A stretch of 63,981 nucleotides of DNA, the filler included, from Stramenopiles sp. TOSAG23-6 (lineage: Eukaryota), in NCBI GenBank assembly GCA_900128565.1. It is 3 parts of 3 records of this genome, joined end to end, with 100 filler letters (N's around TTAATTAATTAA, not from the genome) between each part and the next. Parts side by side here need not be neighbours in the genome. Positions count along the whole stretch, not along the records: positions 1 to 25,473 come from LT635996.1; 2 more parts are not named here. One strand, written 5' to 3'. This document shows, piece by piece, positions 1 through 11,542 of this stretch. The translations under genes and the position numbers were made by a program. Position 1 is the first letter of the stretch. Every line of letters starts with the position of its first letter. Under the pieces are notes generated by a model. The model did not search any database, had not been told where the DNA came from, and was given only the letters and a program-made list of their open reading frames with translations.

Positions 1-92
1 TTTGGAAAAATATTTCAAAAAAAAAATCGTTAGGTACAAAATTTCGTACGAAAAAAAAATTATATAAAAAATTGAAAAAAAATAAAACATAC
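1..92 (-). mobile_element. Introner-type intron (partial)
   Basis: Minus strand reads AT|GTATGTTTT...CGTACGAAATTTTGTACCTAAC...GAAATATTTTTCCAAA, truncated at the window edge. Confidence 0.85.
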
Positions 93-999
93 ATAAACCC
101 TTGACAGAACAGAAAGATATATTCGATCGGGATAAGATTTCACTGAATTTATCAATAAATGGTTTGCCCATTGTTGCCGCAGCAGCAATGTATTGTACGT
201 GGTGTGCACTTCTTTTGCGTTTAGCCTGTATACGTATCGGTTTTAGGATTTTTTCCAACTCATCAGAAAACCCAAATTCAGAATCCATGAGCATGTCAGC
301 TTCATCAAAAACTACATGAGATATGTTACTAAAATAGACGTCACCATCTTCGTAATGTTCTAATAGCCGAGCAGGTGTAGCTATAACTACGTCGACACGT
401 TGAGAAAGTGCAATTTTTTGAGGTTTATATTTTGCACCTCCAAGAACAGAAGCAACATATAATTTATTCTGTCCTCCGTTTTTTTTTCTCTTTTTCTCTT
501 TTAATTTTTGATCAACTGTAAAGTGACATAATCGCGATATCGTCTTTGCCACCTGACTAACTTGTTGGGCTAATTCCCTTGTTGGAACAAGAATAAGAGC
601 TCGAGGTTTCTTTGCCTGTGCCAAACTACCTGAACGAGAACGTTCAAGTAAAGTTTCCATGAGAGGAGTTAAATATGCCAAGGTCTTCCCAGTCCCAGTG
701 GGTGCAGAACAAATAACATCTTCACCAGATAAAATACGAGGTATAACTTGATCTTGTATTGGAGTGGCGTGTTTCACGCCAATATGTTTTAAAGCTGACT
801 GGAGACTTGGAGTTAATCTTCGTAATATTGCACCTGTTACTTCTTCTGCGGCATCTTTCTCACATTGCTTTGTAGAAGACACTAGAGGTTTCGCAGAAAG
901 AACTTGGCGAGATGAAGAAATAGATCTATTGAACTGGTATACATTAAAGTATTTTGAATACTTTCCCATGTATGCTACATGTATCCTAAAAGGAATCAT
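93..999 (-). CDS. DEAD-box RNA helicase, 5' exon (gene continues off-window)
   Basis: Manual translation from ATG at 999 gives TPIQ, APTGTGKT, LVPTRELAQQV, IATPARL and VFDEAD motifs. It ends at an introner donor at 92. Not in the ORF track. Confidence 0.9.
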
Positions 1000-1251
1000 T
1001 TCGTGACTGTTTTTGTTCTACTACACTAGTAGTAGTAGTAGTGGACTAATAAGATAGGTTAGAAGGAGGATTTTCAAAGAAACTCAAAAAAATGAACTGA
1101 ATCGAAAATTGAAGCAAAAATAGCTACGGTACCGTATACCGTATATATAACATATTTTGATATTTAAGACTTTATTCATATTTTCAAATTTCTAGCAAAA
1201 CAAATAATTCACATAAAATATAAGCAATATTCTTCATTATATTTTTTGGAC

Positions 1252-2253
1252 TCAAAAATTTCGATCGAAATCGCTTTTAAGATAACCAGAAGATTCTTCG
1301 GAGTGAATAGCAGACTGTGTGGGATGGACCATTGACCGAACCATGAGATATCTTTCACCATAATATCGTTTGTCTCCCCATTTTAGATTCCAAAAAGGTG
1401 GTGGTTGTTCTAGTTTCTCATAGATGGGGTGGTCGTTATCATATTCATCATATTTCACCGTTTTATACACTGTCTTTGGAGTTTTCACCTCATTATAATT
1501 GAAAGTGTACAAATCAAAGCCAAAGGGGCCCTCCCAATAATGAGGAACTTCGTGACAATCTATAAAGTATTCAACTGAACTTGATATAGCAAAGTGACGC
1601 ATTTTGTCTACATTAACGACAAATGGAGACGGTGAATGCAAGACTGCTAGTGCCTTCAAGCTTTCTTTAGGTAATCCTGATCTGTTTAACTTTAAAAAGT
1701 CCAGAATTTTTTTTTCATATGGACTGTTTTTGAATGGTTCATCCTTAACGATAAAAAAGTCCGTAATACATTCGCCAAGTCCATGCGGGACGCAGGAAAA
1801 ATTGGAAGTTCTGTTATTGGGTTCAAAAGGATACTCAGTTCCCGGAACATATAACAACGTTATATCTTCTACGCACTTCTTACCTTGGATTTTTTTCAAG
1901 TATGCAATGCTATAAATTTTAAGAGTCTGTTCATGATTCTTCCTAGAATGATAATCAATGATACTATTGAATGCATCATTAAATGTAAGAGCAACGACGC
2001 TATAAGTTATTTTCGCATTCGCGTAGATAAAATTCACAACACAATAATCATGATCTGGGATTTCTATTCCATCGTAAAGGTACAATCTTTCCAGACCTTT
2101 ACAAGTTTGACGCAATCTCCATATTGCCACAGGGTCAAGAAACGTAAGTAAAAAACGAATAATGTCGGGCGCATGAATAGATACACCGTTAGCTTTCAAA
2201 AATGGAAATATGTCATCCACTTTCGTGCGTTTTGCAACTTTGTCTTTATTCAT
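1252..2253 (-). CDS. Hypothetical protein with N-terminal F-box-like motif
   Basis: 333 aa ORF; APDIIRFLLTFLDPVAIWRLRQTCKGL resembles the F-box consensus. Confidence 0.6.
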   Translation of the reverse strand: MNKDKVAKRTKVDDIFPFLKANGVSIHAPDIIRFLLTFLDPVAIWRLRQTCKGLERLYLYDGIEIPDHDYCVVNFIYANAKITYSVVALTFNDAFNSIIDYHSRKNHEQTLKIYSIAYLKKIQGKKCVEDITLLYVPGTEYPFEPNNRTSNFSCVPHGLGECITDFFIVKDEPFKNSPYEKKILDFLKLNRSGLPKESLKALAVLHSPSPFVVNVDKMRHFAISSSVEYFIDCHEVPHYWEGPFGFDLYTFNYNEVKTPKTVYKTVKYDEYDNDHPIYEKLEQPPPFWNLKWGDKRYYGERYLMVRSMVHPTQSAIHSEESSGYLKSDFDRNF

Positions 2254-2641
2254 AATGTGCTCGTATGAAATTCACCTGGTAGTTCTTTTGCTTGTACGTA
2301 GTATCTTACAAATCCTTCCCACAAATTACTTGACAAGTCGCAAAAAGTTGATCGACTTCGGACTTATAAAGTCTGTAACGACTTTTTCGGGACTTTTTCG
2401 GATTTTCTTTTCGGAAAATTCACTCAAGATGTACAACACAAAAACTTGGTAGATAATATGATTTATATTCAAAATAGTTTTCACGCCAAGTGAATATGAA
2501 TATAATTATAGTCATATTTAATAAAGTCACTATCTACAACGGCAAAATGACCACTTTTGTCAATGTCTACTGAATAAATCATTGGAGAGTGAAGTACTAA
2601 AAATATATGTTCTCAATAATTCCTTCTAAAATCTTCTTTTG

Positions 2642-4204
2642 CTAATTTTTACTTTTCAGGACATTTTGAATAGCATCTTGTGCTTCTTCTTCTTCTTCCT
2701 TCAATGCCTGCCTACAAAGAGGTCCTCCACTCAGGTGAGTCAGGTCTGATATTTTATTGGCCCCCATTTCTTCATGCGAAGGTAACGAGTTTAGAAAGTT
2801 TTTCCAAGATTTGACACTGGCAGCACCTCCAACCTTTGTGTTGGATCTCGGAAAAGGGACATAACCATCAAACCCATGAATCATAAATGCTTTTTCCACT
2901 TTAGCAATTCCTTCTCTGTTATTGCATCCTTCCTGACCATTTACACCACGTATTGGAGATCGACAAACTATTCCATTGTCCATCATCCCTTGATAGTTGA
3001 AACATACGGCTTGGGTGCAAGCTTCAAAGTATGGTTTAACATCATAATTTTCACTAGAGAAATTAAACTTCGAAGGATAAATTCGAACCATTTGCTTTGG
3101 ATTGTTCGCCACGCTTTCTCTTAGTTTCTTATTAGAACTAGCAGCTTCAAAGGAATGCATCTCCAATTGATCTCCATTGTCCTTTGTTTTTGGAAGAGCA
3201 ATAATGACCCCTGAGTCCCCTGTTAGAGGCTTTCGTTTCCCTTTAATAATGACTTTTCGTCTTTCTGAAACTAAATCATTCATCATCATGCTTTGACCAT
3301 AGTGGATTAATCTCTTGCCTAATGTCCTCTCAAATAGGCACATGAGTTTATTATTTTCGCGTCTTTTGTCTTCTTCTGTGTCAGTCATATGCAATTCTAA
3401 ACTAATGATTATAGGTGTTTTGCAACCTTTTTTCTTATCATCTTCTCTGAGCCATTTTTTTAATTCATCTAGTTGATCTTCAAGTTGTATGTCATTTGTC
3501 ATCTTCAGTGACCCTGCTCTGTGACAAACCTGAAGCTCCGGTTCGCTCGGACATGTTCCTTCTTCATTACCGACGACGCCAAACGCAGCATTCGAGGACT
3601 CGCCCACCGCCGTCCCCGCCGTTGCTGCGAGGACATCTTTGTGTTCTTTACTGTATGATGGATGGACATCCAGCTCTACACATCGGTAACCCAATTTTAA
3701 CGCATTTGTTACAGACCACGCATGTACAGATTCTGCATATTGCTTACGGTGCTCGAACATATCGTCGATGTATTCCAATGCTTCATTCTCCTCATTTGTC
3801 ATCTTTTCAATCTCGTCCGCCTCGTCCGCCTCATTCTGATGTTGATTAAAAATTCTGTGTCGAAAATTATTCAGTCTCCCAGCAGTATACACACCAAATT
3901 TCATGCCAAATTTCATACTAGCATTTAATGGAGCATTTACGAGCTGAGCTATCCTATCTGTTGCTTGAAGTTCGAATTGTGATTGTCTTCCAGCANCATA
4001 GCTATTGTGTGAACACTGAATGCTGAAGTAGCTCATGGGAACTTTACGCCAACTTTCTCCAAGTTTGTCCTTGATATTTTCTTCATTTGAACACCGAACT
4101 GCGGTCTGAACTTGGGCCACCGGAACTTGGGCCCACGGAGCTGGGGCCAGAGATGATGTTGTTATCATTGGAAGCATTGTAAGCATCAAAGTAAACAGAT
4201 TCAT
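2642..4204 (-). CDS. Phosphoinositide phospholipase C (X-Y catalytic domain) with signal peptide
   Basis: Motifs CSHNSY, ALKLGYRCVELDVH, PIIISLELH, KVIIKGK, MVRIYPSK...SSENY and VCFNYQ; hydrophobic N-terminus. Confidence 0.85.
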   Translation of the reverse strand: MNLFTLMLTMLPMITTSSLAPAPWAQVPVAQVQTAVRCSNEENIKDKLGESWRKVPMSYFSIQCSHNSYXAGRQSQFELQATDRIAQLVNAPLNASMKFGMKFGVYTAGRLNNFRHRIFNQHQNEADEADEIEKMTNEENEALEYIDDMFEHRKQYAESVHAWSVTNALKLGYRCVELDVHPSYSKEHKDVLAATAGTAVGESSNAAFGVVGNEEGTCPSEPELQVCHRAGSLKMTNDIQLEDQLDELKKWLREDDKKKGCKTPIIISLELHMTDTEEDKRRENNKLMCLFERTLGKRLIHYGQSMMMNDLVSERRKVIIKGKRKPLTGDSGVIIALPKTKDNGDQLEMHSFEAASSNKKLRESVANNPKQMVRIYPSKFNFSSENYDVKPYFEACTQAVCFNYQGMMDNGIVCRSPIRGVNGQEGCNNREGIAKVEKAFMIHGFDGYVPFPRSNTKVGGAASVKSWKNFLNSLPSHEEMGANKISDLTHLSGGPLCRQALKEEEEEAQDAIQNVLKSKN

Positions 4205-4518
4205 TTTGCTTTTTATTGAGAAGAAAAGCGGAAGTGGCTTTAAGCTTAGTACTAACCAATTTGAAACTAACCTCGAGTAACCGACGTATTATTAGATTCG
4301 ATTTTTTAACGTAAAAAGATGTGCAAAATGTGCATGCACGAAATATTTGAAAAAAAGTACTATCGATCGGACTTTATATTCAGACTTCGGACTTATTTTT
4401 TTAGATTTACTGTAACGTTAAGTAGTAGTCACAAGCTCTATGAAATATTGGATTAGAATGATTAGACCAACATAATATCACAAGATGTTTTATCCTACTT
4501 TATAAAGTACATAATAAA

Positions 4519-5646
4519 ATGGGTAGTTCAGTATCAACACCACCTATAAGCAAGGCAACAAAAGATCTCATTGATCCTCTACAAATGACAGGAAAACATG
4601 TAAAAAGATTATATCAAGTGTTTAGAAACGCAGATAACGATAGAACTGGTTCCATTGATTATAACGAATTCTATGAATTAGTCGGTGAACGACAGTCAAT
4701 TTTTGCAGATGAAATATTTCGAATTACTGATCTAGATAACTCAAACAGTCTTGACTTTAATGAGTTCATACATGTACGTTTTCATTATGAATTTCAAATT
4801 TATTTATTTTTCATACGAAATTTTGTACCTAACAAAACAATTTTGAGTGTTGTTTTTTTCACAATACATGTCATTTGTACATTCAGTCTTTTCGGTAAAG
4901 AAGAAATTCTAAAATTCTGTTTTTACATCTTCGATAAGGATAAAAATGGTTATATAGAAAATGAAGAATTGCTTGATTTGGTATCAGTCTTGCACGGAAC
5001 AATGGGTCAAAATCCTAGTGCAAACATCGAGCGGGCGCTGAAAGACTTCGAAGTTCGTTGCGGTAATATGATGGGTCGAAAAAAGGTGACTTTTAAAGAA
5101 TTTGTTTCGTTAAACACTCAAGTACCTCAAATATTTTATCCGGCTTTTAAATTACAGCAATCAATACAAAGAGCTTGTCTTGGCACTAATTTCTGGGATT
5201 CGCGAAAACGTTTACGTAAGGAAGACCGGGATAAACAAAAGAAAGAAAGAGAATGGCTTTCAAAAGCTGCTGATCGGAAACAAACAAAGAAGCAACATTT
5301 AGAGTTGAAAAAACGATTTGGGGTGATTAGGTACCATTTAATGCCTTGGAAATATGATAGGTGGATACAAATTTTGAATGAAGAAGCTGTAAGTGAAGCA
5401 ATGGGTAAGGCGGCTCGAGATCGTTTTACAAAGAATCGTAAAGATAAAGAGAAGAATTATCATAAAGCTGCATTAAATGCCGAAGGCAGAATAAAGATGG
5501 AAAAAGAGGAAAGAAAGAAGCGGAGGGAAAAAGATAGAGAGAGAGAAATGAAATACAAAAAGAGAAAGGAACAAAAAGGCATAATTAAGAATCAAAAAAT
5601 AAAAAGCAAAAAGAAGAAGAAAAAAAAACGAGGTCAATGGGACTAA
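4519..5646 (+). CDS. EF-hand (calcineurin B/NCS-like) protein, one intron 4774-4869
   Basis: MGSSVS myristoylation-like start; EF loops DNDRTGSIDYNEF, DLDNSNSLDFNEF and DKDKNGYIENEEL. Confidence 0.85.
   Translation: MGSSVSTPPISKATKDLIDPLQMTGKHVKRLYQVFRNADNDRTGSIDYNEFYELVGERQSIFADEIFRITDLDNSNSLDFNEFIHVRFHYEFQIYLFFIRNFVPNKTILSVVFFTIHVICTFSLFGKEEILKFCFYIFDKDKNGYIENEELLDLVSVLHGTMGQNPSANIERALKDFEVRCGNMMGRKKVTFKEFVSLNTQVPQIFYPAFKLQQSIQRACLGTNFWDSRKRLRKEDRDKQKKEREWLSKAADRKQTKKQHLELKKRFGVIRYHLMPWKYDRWIQILNEEAVSEAMGKAARDRFTKNRKDKEKNYHKAALNAEGRIKMEKEERKKRREKDREREMKYKKRKEQKGIIKNQKIKSKKKKKKKRGQWD
4774..4869 (+). mobile_element. Introner-type GT-AT intron (96 nt, in frame)
   Basis: CAT|GTACGTTTT...CACAATACAT|GTC. 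Removal gives FNEFIH-VICTF and restores the EF-hand exit helix. Confidence 0.85.
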
Positions 5647-5781
5647 AGAACAAGACTAAAACAAAATACTAAAATATAAAGGTAATTTGATCGAATTTGA
5701 TACACAAATATAAATACTCATTTGTACCCATTTGTACCATATGAAATAAATTTATTTTTATTCAACTTAAATAACATTCTT

Positions 5782-8700
5782 CTATTTAGACCGCATTATA
5801 TCACGACATAAATGAATCACAAAATATTCTAATATAGCAGCATCCAGAGAAATTTTATCTGTTGGAATTGTTTTCATAGTATGAATCAAATGTTGCTGTA
5901 GACTTGTATCTTCGGCATAAATTGATGCGCGAAAATAATCTACATGCTTTTTAGTATTTATGGCTATCTGGTTTTCAATACTTTCAGTATTGTGTATATT
6001 TGTACATGTATTTAATGTTTCATTTAGGTAAGATAAAACACTCCAATTATTTTTGGTATCCACAATTCTACGTAATGATTCTAGAAATCCTGCAAATGTA
6101 ATACAACAGATAAATATAGTCTGTTTTGTAGTTGTTGTGTATTCTCGGGAATATATGAAAATTTGTTTTGCTTTCTGCGGTGTAAAATGTTCATCAAATA
6201 TTCCTGCTGATTGTAAATTAGTAATGAAACTTTTCAATGTCATTACATCAAAACTTTCTTTATTGCCAAGATTGTCACTGCAAAATTCTTTGGTACAAAG
6301 TCGACAAAAAAGACGTTTTAAATGTCTCTCATAAACACGAAATACAAGATCTACTTCATAAGAACAAAGTTTTCCAAGGGGAGGAGAAGTACGAAATAAA
6401 ATCGGATTCAACAAAGCTTGGGGGTCACAACCAGTGAGAAAACTCGTACAGACTGCTTCTACTCCATCTGCTAATGTCTTCAACTTTGATAGAAAGTATT
6501 TTGCTCCAGCGATTTGAATAATATAAGAGAGAAAATCGTAAAAGAATAAATGTTTCGAATTGGTTGAATCAAAATCAGGCCACTTATCTTTACCATAGTC
6601 ATTACCAGTCATAATACTAGCCAAACCTTTTCTTGCAGATTTAGTGTAGAGAAGCATTCTACAATCCGCTTTAGTAAACCAAATTGATTTTTCTGGAATT
6701 TTACAAAATTTACACGCAAGAATAAAAAAACATTGAGGAGACATCGATGCTTCAATACTATATGAAGAATCACATGTTTCATTTTTGTTCGTTTTCATAT
6801 TTACATAATATTCAAAAACATTTCGCAAACGAGAATAAAATTGTTTCAACGTTTTGCTCACTGCATTCTGTGATTCTTTTGAAATAGACCACTCATGAAA
6901 ACTATCTTTGGTATCTACAAAACAATGACTTAAATCATTCTGAAACGCAGTTTCTACGGCTTGGGCAATTGATGTTAGGCCAAGGTTTCTATTTAAATGA
7001 GACATGAGAGAATCTGATGACTTCCAATGTTTTGCTATCGTTTCTAAACATAATGATTGTTTTACGGTGGGTGGCCTTGGTCTTACATTTTCATAATTTA
7101 TCAAATCTGTATTTGCAATTGCATAATTTATAATTCCTAAATGTAGACTAATTATTTCCGGTATCTCCGTAGAAAACATATTTTTTATCGTTGGAATTTC
7201 TTCAAAAGATTGATTCTGGGCTATAAATGCTTGTTGATTCTCTGGATTTGAAAAGAAATATCGTACACATGTATCTTTTGGAAATATTCGAATACTTTGA
7301 AATAATCCATCGGAAATCTTTTCCATTTCTTCTGGTAACCAGTTATTTGTATCTAGATGCAATAATATGCGTGAATATTTATTGTAACCAGAGACTCCTT
7401 GTATCCATGTAAAAGTAACACTTTTTACTTCATCACAAATCCAACAGGTTTCTTCAGATAATTTTAATCTCTTTGTTATTGGCTGAAGGAATAAATTATT
7501 ATCAAAACTTCCATTGTTTCCAGCATAGTGCAATCCAAGTAGTGTTCTATTCTGTTTCAAAGCTGTAGAAATACGTTTGGAATCATCAGTATTTAATTCA
7601 TTGTAAGCTAAACTTAAATGTGTTAGTGTTGTATTTCTAACAATCATGGATGCTAAAGCATCAATGTAGACATCATGTTCATCATTAGTGCGTTTCGTTC
7701 TGATTGAATAAGAACAATGTGAAACGTCTAATTCTTTCAGTACAACATTATATTCAATAGATTTAGCTATAGCTGCTAATCCCTCATAACCAAGATCATT
7801 AGATCTCAGTGACATCAATGAAAGATTTGGCATCCTAAAATCTCTATCATGTGTATCTTTAGAAAATAAAGATACAATGTATGGTACAGCACCTTTTGTT
7901 AGTTTATTATGTCCCAGATATAATCGCTTTAATTTTAACCATGGTCGTTTTGAAGGTACATTTATTCTGGTATTTACTTTGGTCAAATGTGAGTTTATTC
8001 CTTGTTCTTTTGTGAAATTGCAATTGACACGAAAACCGAATAAAGTTGCAATTGCACCATCTTTCAATTCATTATAAGACAAGTTAAGTACTTGTAATGG
8101 CGATGCTATACTCATTGTGCAAAGGGCTTCTATTCCAGCAAAACCAATTAAGTTATGTGATAAGTTTATACTGGTTAATGACTTGCTGTGCCTATTATCA
8201 TGAATACTAGCAATCAACGCGATAGCTCTACTTGAAGTCTCTGGGCCAAGATTGCAATAGCTAACATCTATATAATCACTATTCTCACTTGACAGTAGTT
8301 TTGGTAGTATTTGTTGCACTATTTCAGCGTTGTCGAAATTATTTTTATGTTTTCGCCTTTTATTGTCTAGAAATAATTTTGAGTGAAGATTCTTGCTCAA
8401 AATATTGCTTACCTTATTTTGTTGTACAAGTGTTGTGCCTTCAACAGCGTTTGCAATATCATTTTGTGGATTACTGGAACGTACATATTTCATCTCTATT
8501 GGAAATATCTGATCGCTCAACTCTTTTTTAATTTGTAGCACATGAGCTTCCGGGTAATTTTCTATTTGTATAGCTTCCAAGTTATGACCAAGAAGTCTGT
8601 ATACCTGATGTAGTTTTTCACAAGTCTCCTGAGTACGGTCATCACCAAGACCATATGCAATTAACCTAGCAATTAAAACACGTTTGAGAGCACTCTCAGA

Positions 8701-8889
8701 AGCTTCAAGCTGCTTCACATTACATCCACATTTTTTTATTGTCCAACTTCTCAACTCATCACTAAGACTTGCTGATGTATTTTCAAATGGTGTATTTCTT
8801 TTTAGTAGAGTATTCTTCATATTTGTATTATAAAAATATATGGTCATAACAGATCTTCTTTTCGATGTGTCATGTCCCGAAAACATCAA
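5782..8889 (-). CDS. Leucine-rich repeat (ribonuclease-inhibitor-like) protein
   Basis: 1035 aa ORF with repeated LxxLxLSxNxL/IG units. The true ATG is probably slightly downstream. Confidence 0.8.
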   Translation of the reverse strand: MMFSGHDTSKRRSVMTIYFYNTNMKNTLLKRNTPFENTSASLSDELRSWTIKKCGCNVKQLEASESALKRVLIARLIAYGLGDDRTQETCEKLHQVYRLLGHNLEAIQIENYPEAHVLQIKKELSDQIFPIEMKYVRSSNPQNDIANAVEGTTLVQQNKVSNILSKNLHSKLFLDNKRRKHKNNFDNAEIVQQILPKLLSSENSDYIDVSYCNLGPETSSRAIALIASIHDNRHSKSLTSINLSHNLIGFAGIEALCTMSIASPLQVLNLSYNELKDGAIATLFGFRVNCNFTKEQGINSHLTKVNTRINVPSKRPWLKLKRLYLGHNKLTKGAVPYIVSLFSKDTHDRDFRMPNLSLMSLRSNDLGYEGLAAIAKSIEYNVVLKELDVSHCSYSIRTKRTNDEHDVYIDALASMIVRNTTLTHLSLAYNELNTDDSKRISTALKQNRTLLGLHYAGNNGSFDNNLFLQPITKRLKLSEETCWICDEVKSVTFTWIQGVSGYNKYSRILLHLDTNNWLPEEMEKISDGLFQSIRIFPKDTCVRYFFSNPENQQAFIAQNQSFEEIPTIKNMFSTEIPEIISLHLGIINYAIANTDLINYENVRPRPPTVKQSLCLETIAKHWKSSDSLMSHLNRNLGLTSIAQAVETAFQNDLSHCFVDTKDSFHEWSISKESQNAVSKTLKQFYSRLRNVFEYYVNMKTNKNETCDSSYSIEASMSPQCFFILACKFCKIPEKSIWFTKADCRMLLYTKSARKGLASIMTGNDYGKDKWPDFDSTNSKHLFFYDFLSYIIQIAGAKYFLSKLKTLADGVEAVCTSFLTGCDPQALLNPILFRTSPPLGKLCSYEVDLVFRVYERHLKRLFCRLCTKEFCSDNLGNKESFDVMTLKSFITNLQSAGIFDEHFTPQKAKQIFIYSREYTTTTKQTIFICCITFAGFLESLRRIVDTKNNWSVLSYLNETLNTCTNIHNTESIENQIAINTKKHVDYFRASIYAEDTSLQQHLIHTMKTIPTDKISLDAAILEYFVIHLCRDIMRSK

Positions 8890-9063
8890 GTCACAGTTAC
8901 AATTTTACCCTAACCCTAATGTTATATTATATTCAAGCTCATTATATTTTTTTTTTAAATTTTTTGTTCAAAATTATAAAAGTAAACCAACAGATGAATG
9001 ATAAGTATATATATAGTGTTTTATAATATTCACATATTCAAAGTTGAATTCGTAGAAACGTCC

Positions 9064-10236
9064 TCATCTAATATATTTCGAATTTGTTAAATTCGTAGAA
9101 ACTTCACCTAACGAATTTCCAATTTGTGAAGTACCCTCCATACAACGTAGCATACTCATTGCCTTTGAAGCCGCTTGCCGTACAACAATTGGTGTTGTTT
9201 CACTTTCACACTCAATACTCGTTAATTGATACAATCGATGTTGAAGACCAAAAATTGTTTCATCATATTCCCATTGTTGAGACTTTGCCTGTATCGAACC
9301 TAAATGACCCAAGAGAAGGACAGCAAAAGTAGAAAATTTCCAATTTAAATTTAAATTTACATTTTCTGTATTACATTGATTGTAGTATCGAATCCACTCA
9401 CGTCGACGGCCTTGTATTGCAGGCCATATACGAGACACTATGAGTTTATTATATACCCAACACCAACCGTCAGGATGACGTGAACAAAGAAGTTGAATGG
9501 ATGAGAAGAATTCATAAACTATAATGTCAGATAGTTGAGAAAGAACTGACATAGTTTCAGTATTCTGAGTATCAGGTAAATGTATACAACACAGTTCATC
9601 CACAAGACTTTCTGTTAAAGACTCTAATTCTTTAATCACTGTTATCCATGACTCGCGAGTAGCTGCAGTATCATTTGAAATGTGTCGGTCACTATTAGGG
9701 TTCGTGTTAGGGTTACTATTAGGGTTCGTGTTAGGGTTATGGATTGCAGGAGTTATTTCTTGTAAGTGTTGACCACGAATCTCATCAAACTTCTTTACAA
9801 GTGAAATCACTCGACGAAATGGACCTTGAGAGGCATGTGTCTGTATCATTGATATATTGTTTGAATGTTTATCACTGGATGAACCTGTATCGTATATATT
9901 TCGGGGGATATTATATTTTGAAACGAATCCTTGAGTTGTTTTTGACCAGTCAATGTCATCGATAGTCGCGGTTTGACCGACTAAAGAAGATCTCAGTCTA
10001 GATTTATTTTTACTATTCCGTAAGTTTGCTATTGTTGTTCGAAGCACATTTATTTCCTCCATATATGAGTCGCATTTTGCAGTTGACTTTTCTGAAAGTT
10101 CTGCGGCAGAGGCTGCTTTTAACTTGAATGCAGTGACTGCATTTCTGTATGCTTCAATACGAGACTTGCTCTTTCGTAACTCTGACTCCAACATCTTATT
10201 TTTATCTTGAAGAGACTGCATAGCTGATGGTATCAT
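9064..10236 (-). CDS. Hypothetical protein, N-terminal coiled coil
   Basis: 390 aa ATG-initiated ORF. Confidence 0.7.
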   Translation of the reverse strand: MIPSAMQSLQDKNKMLESELRKSKSRIEAYRNAVTAFKLKAASAAELSEKSTAKCDSYMEEINVLRTTIANLRNSKNKSRLRSSLVGQTATIDDIDWSKTTQGFVSKYNIPRNIYDTGSSSDKHSNNISMIQTHASQGPFRRVISLVKKFDEIRGQHLQEITPAIHNPNTNPNSNPNTNPNSDRHISNDTAATRESWITVIKELESLTESLVDELCCIHLPDTQNTETMSVLSQLSDIIVYEFFSSIQLLCSRHPDGWCWVYNKLIVSRIWPAIQGRRREWIRYYNQCNTENVNLNLNWKFSTFAVLLLGHLGSIQAKSQQWEYDETIFGLQHRLYQLTSIECESETTPIVVRQAASKAMSMLRCMEGTSQIGNSLGEVSTNLTNSKYIR

Positions 10237-10573
10237 CCAGTGTACATAAATACTTCAAGAAACAACTATGACATTGTAGAAAATGTAGACGACGTATTCA
10301 ATTTTGTGCAAGTTTGCGTGTGTGATGCAAAAAAAAAGGTACGACTTCAAAGAAGAAGACACAACTCTGAGTCTCTGACTCTCGTGTGAATTTCGAATTT
10401 AGGAATTTATACTACTCTATTTACCGATTATTACGATTTATTATTAGAACTGACAGAAATTGGCACGTGGCGCCGACTTCCTCCTTCTCACACCTCTCTC
10501 TCCGTGGTCGACGGGTTGCAAATATTCTGTATAGTAGTTTGGGTGTGGTAAAATAGAAATCGCACAGTTTTCA

Positions 10574-11362
10574 ATGTTTACTAGTGTTTTTGTTCCGTCT
10601 ATGCGTCGTGCATGTTTGACACCGACATTTGGCGTCACTGCATCTGCTCTAAGAAGCTCTGTTAGTCCAAATTCTTTGATAGGTGTTCCTTGTAGAAGTA
10701 TGGCCATAGTTTCGTCTCACCTTGAACCAGGTGAAATCCGATCTATCCCAGCTATGCGTCGTGTAGGTGCTGGATCATCTCATTGTTATAAACTTCGTGG
10801 AGATAGATGGATTCCTGGTATAATTTATGGTGTTGACGAAGAGGGAAAAGAGGATCGTATTCTAGTTCAAGTAAAACGCAATGTAATTGAGAATGAGTTC
10901 CACGCTTTCGGTCGCTCTATTGAATCAATCATTTACGATATTGAAATAGACGGAGTCACGACACGTGTATTACCACGTTGTCTTACAAAACATCCACTAA
11001 CAGAAGCACCGACTTCTTTGAACTTTCTCCGTTATTGGAGTGGATGTCCAAAGAGAAAAGTAAAAATACCAGTCGAATATTTTAATGAGGAAAAAAGTCC
11101 AGGGGTTCGTCGCGGAGGATCTTTAATGAGAAAAATGAGAGATCTTGTTGTATATATATCAGGACCTTGGGTTCCACCTCGGGTAGAGGTAAATTTGGAT
11201 GGGATGAAACTGGGGCATAAAATTCATGCCAGAGATATCGATTTACCTGAAGGAGTTTGCGCTGTGAGGGAAAATGATCTTTTGGCCATGGTTTCTGGTA
11301 AAAAATCTTTGATGCGGGAGCAGGCGAAAGAAAATGCAAAAGAATTAGAAAACACGGTATGA
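10574..11362 (+). CDS. rpl25: Ribosomal protein bL25 (Ctc/TL5 type), probably mitochondrial
   Basis: LRGDRWIPGIIYG, HPLTEAPTSLNF, SPGVRRGG and LGHKIHARDIDLPEGV; Arg/Ser-rich transit peptide. Confidence 0.85.
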   Translation: MFTSVFVPSMRRACLTPTFGVTASALRSSVSPNSLIGVPCRSMAIVSSHLEPGEIRSIPAMRRVGAGSSHCYKLRGDRWIPGIIYGVDEEGKEDRILVQVKRNVIENEFHAFGRSIESIIYDIEIDGVTTRVLPRCLTKHPLTEAPTSLNFLRYWSGCPKRKVKIPVEYFNEEKSPGVRRGGSLMRKMRDLVVYISGPWVPPRVEVNLDGMKLGHKIHARDIDLPEGVCAVRENDLLAMVSGKKSLMREQAKENAKELENTV

Positions 11363-11542
11363 GCTAAATTATAGATGTACATGTGCCATCAAATATATTT
11401 ATATTGAAACGAAAAATAAATTAGTAACAATTTAACTTTATATTCATCTGAGGCCTTTGCAAAATTCGAAATTGAAATATTTTTTCTGTACCAAATTTCG
11501 TACTTAAGAAATTTCGAATGAACTGAGTGTTACTTTCTCCAT

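Noticed and set aside
4772-4867. Reading the introns as U12-type AT-AC introns (2-nt left shift)
   Set aside because: There is no ATATCCTT donor or TCCTTAAC branch consensus. Several copies lack AC at that position (55139 TC, 25329 CT, 46569 TT) or lack the left AT. The register still needs cDNA confirmation.
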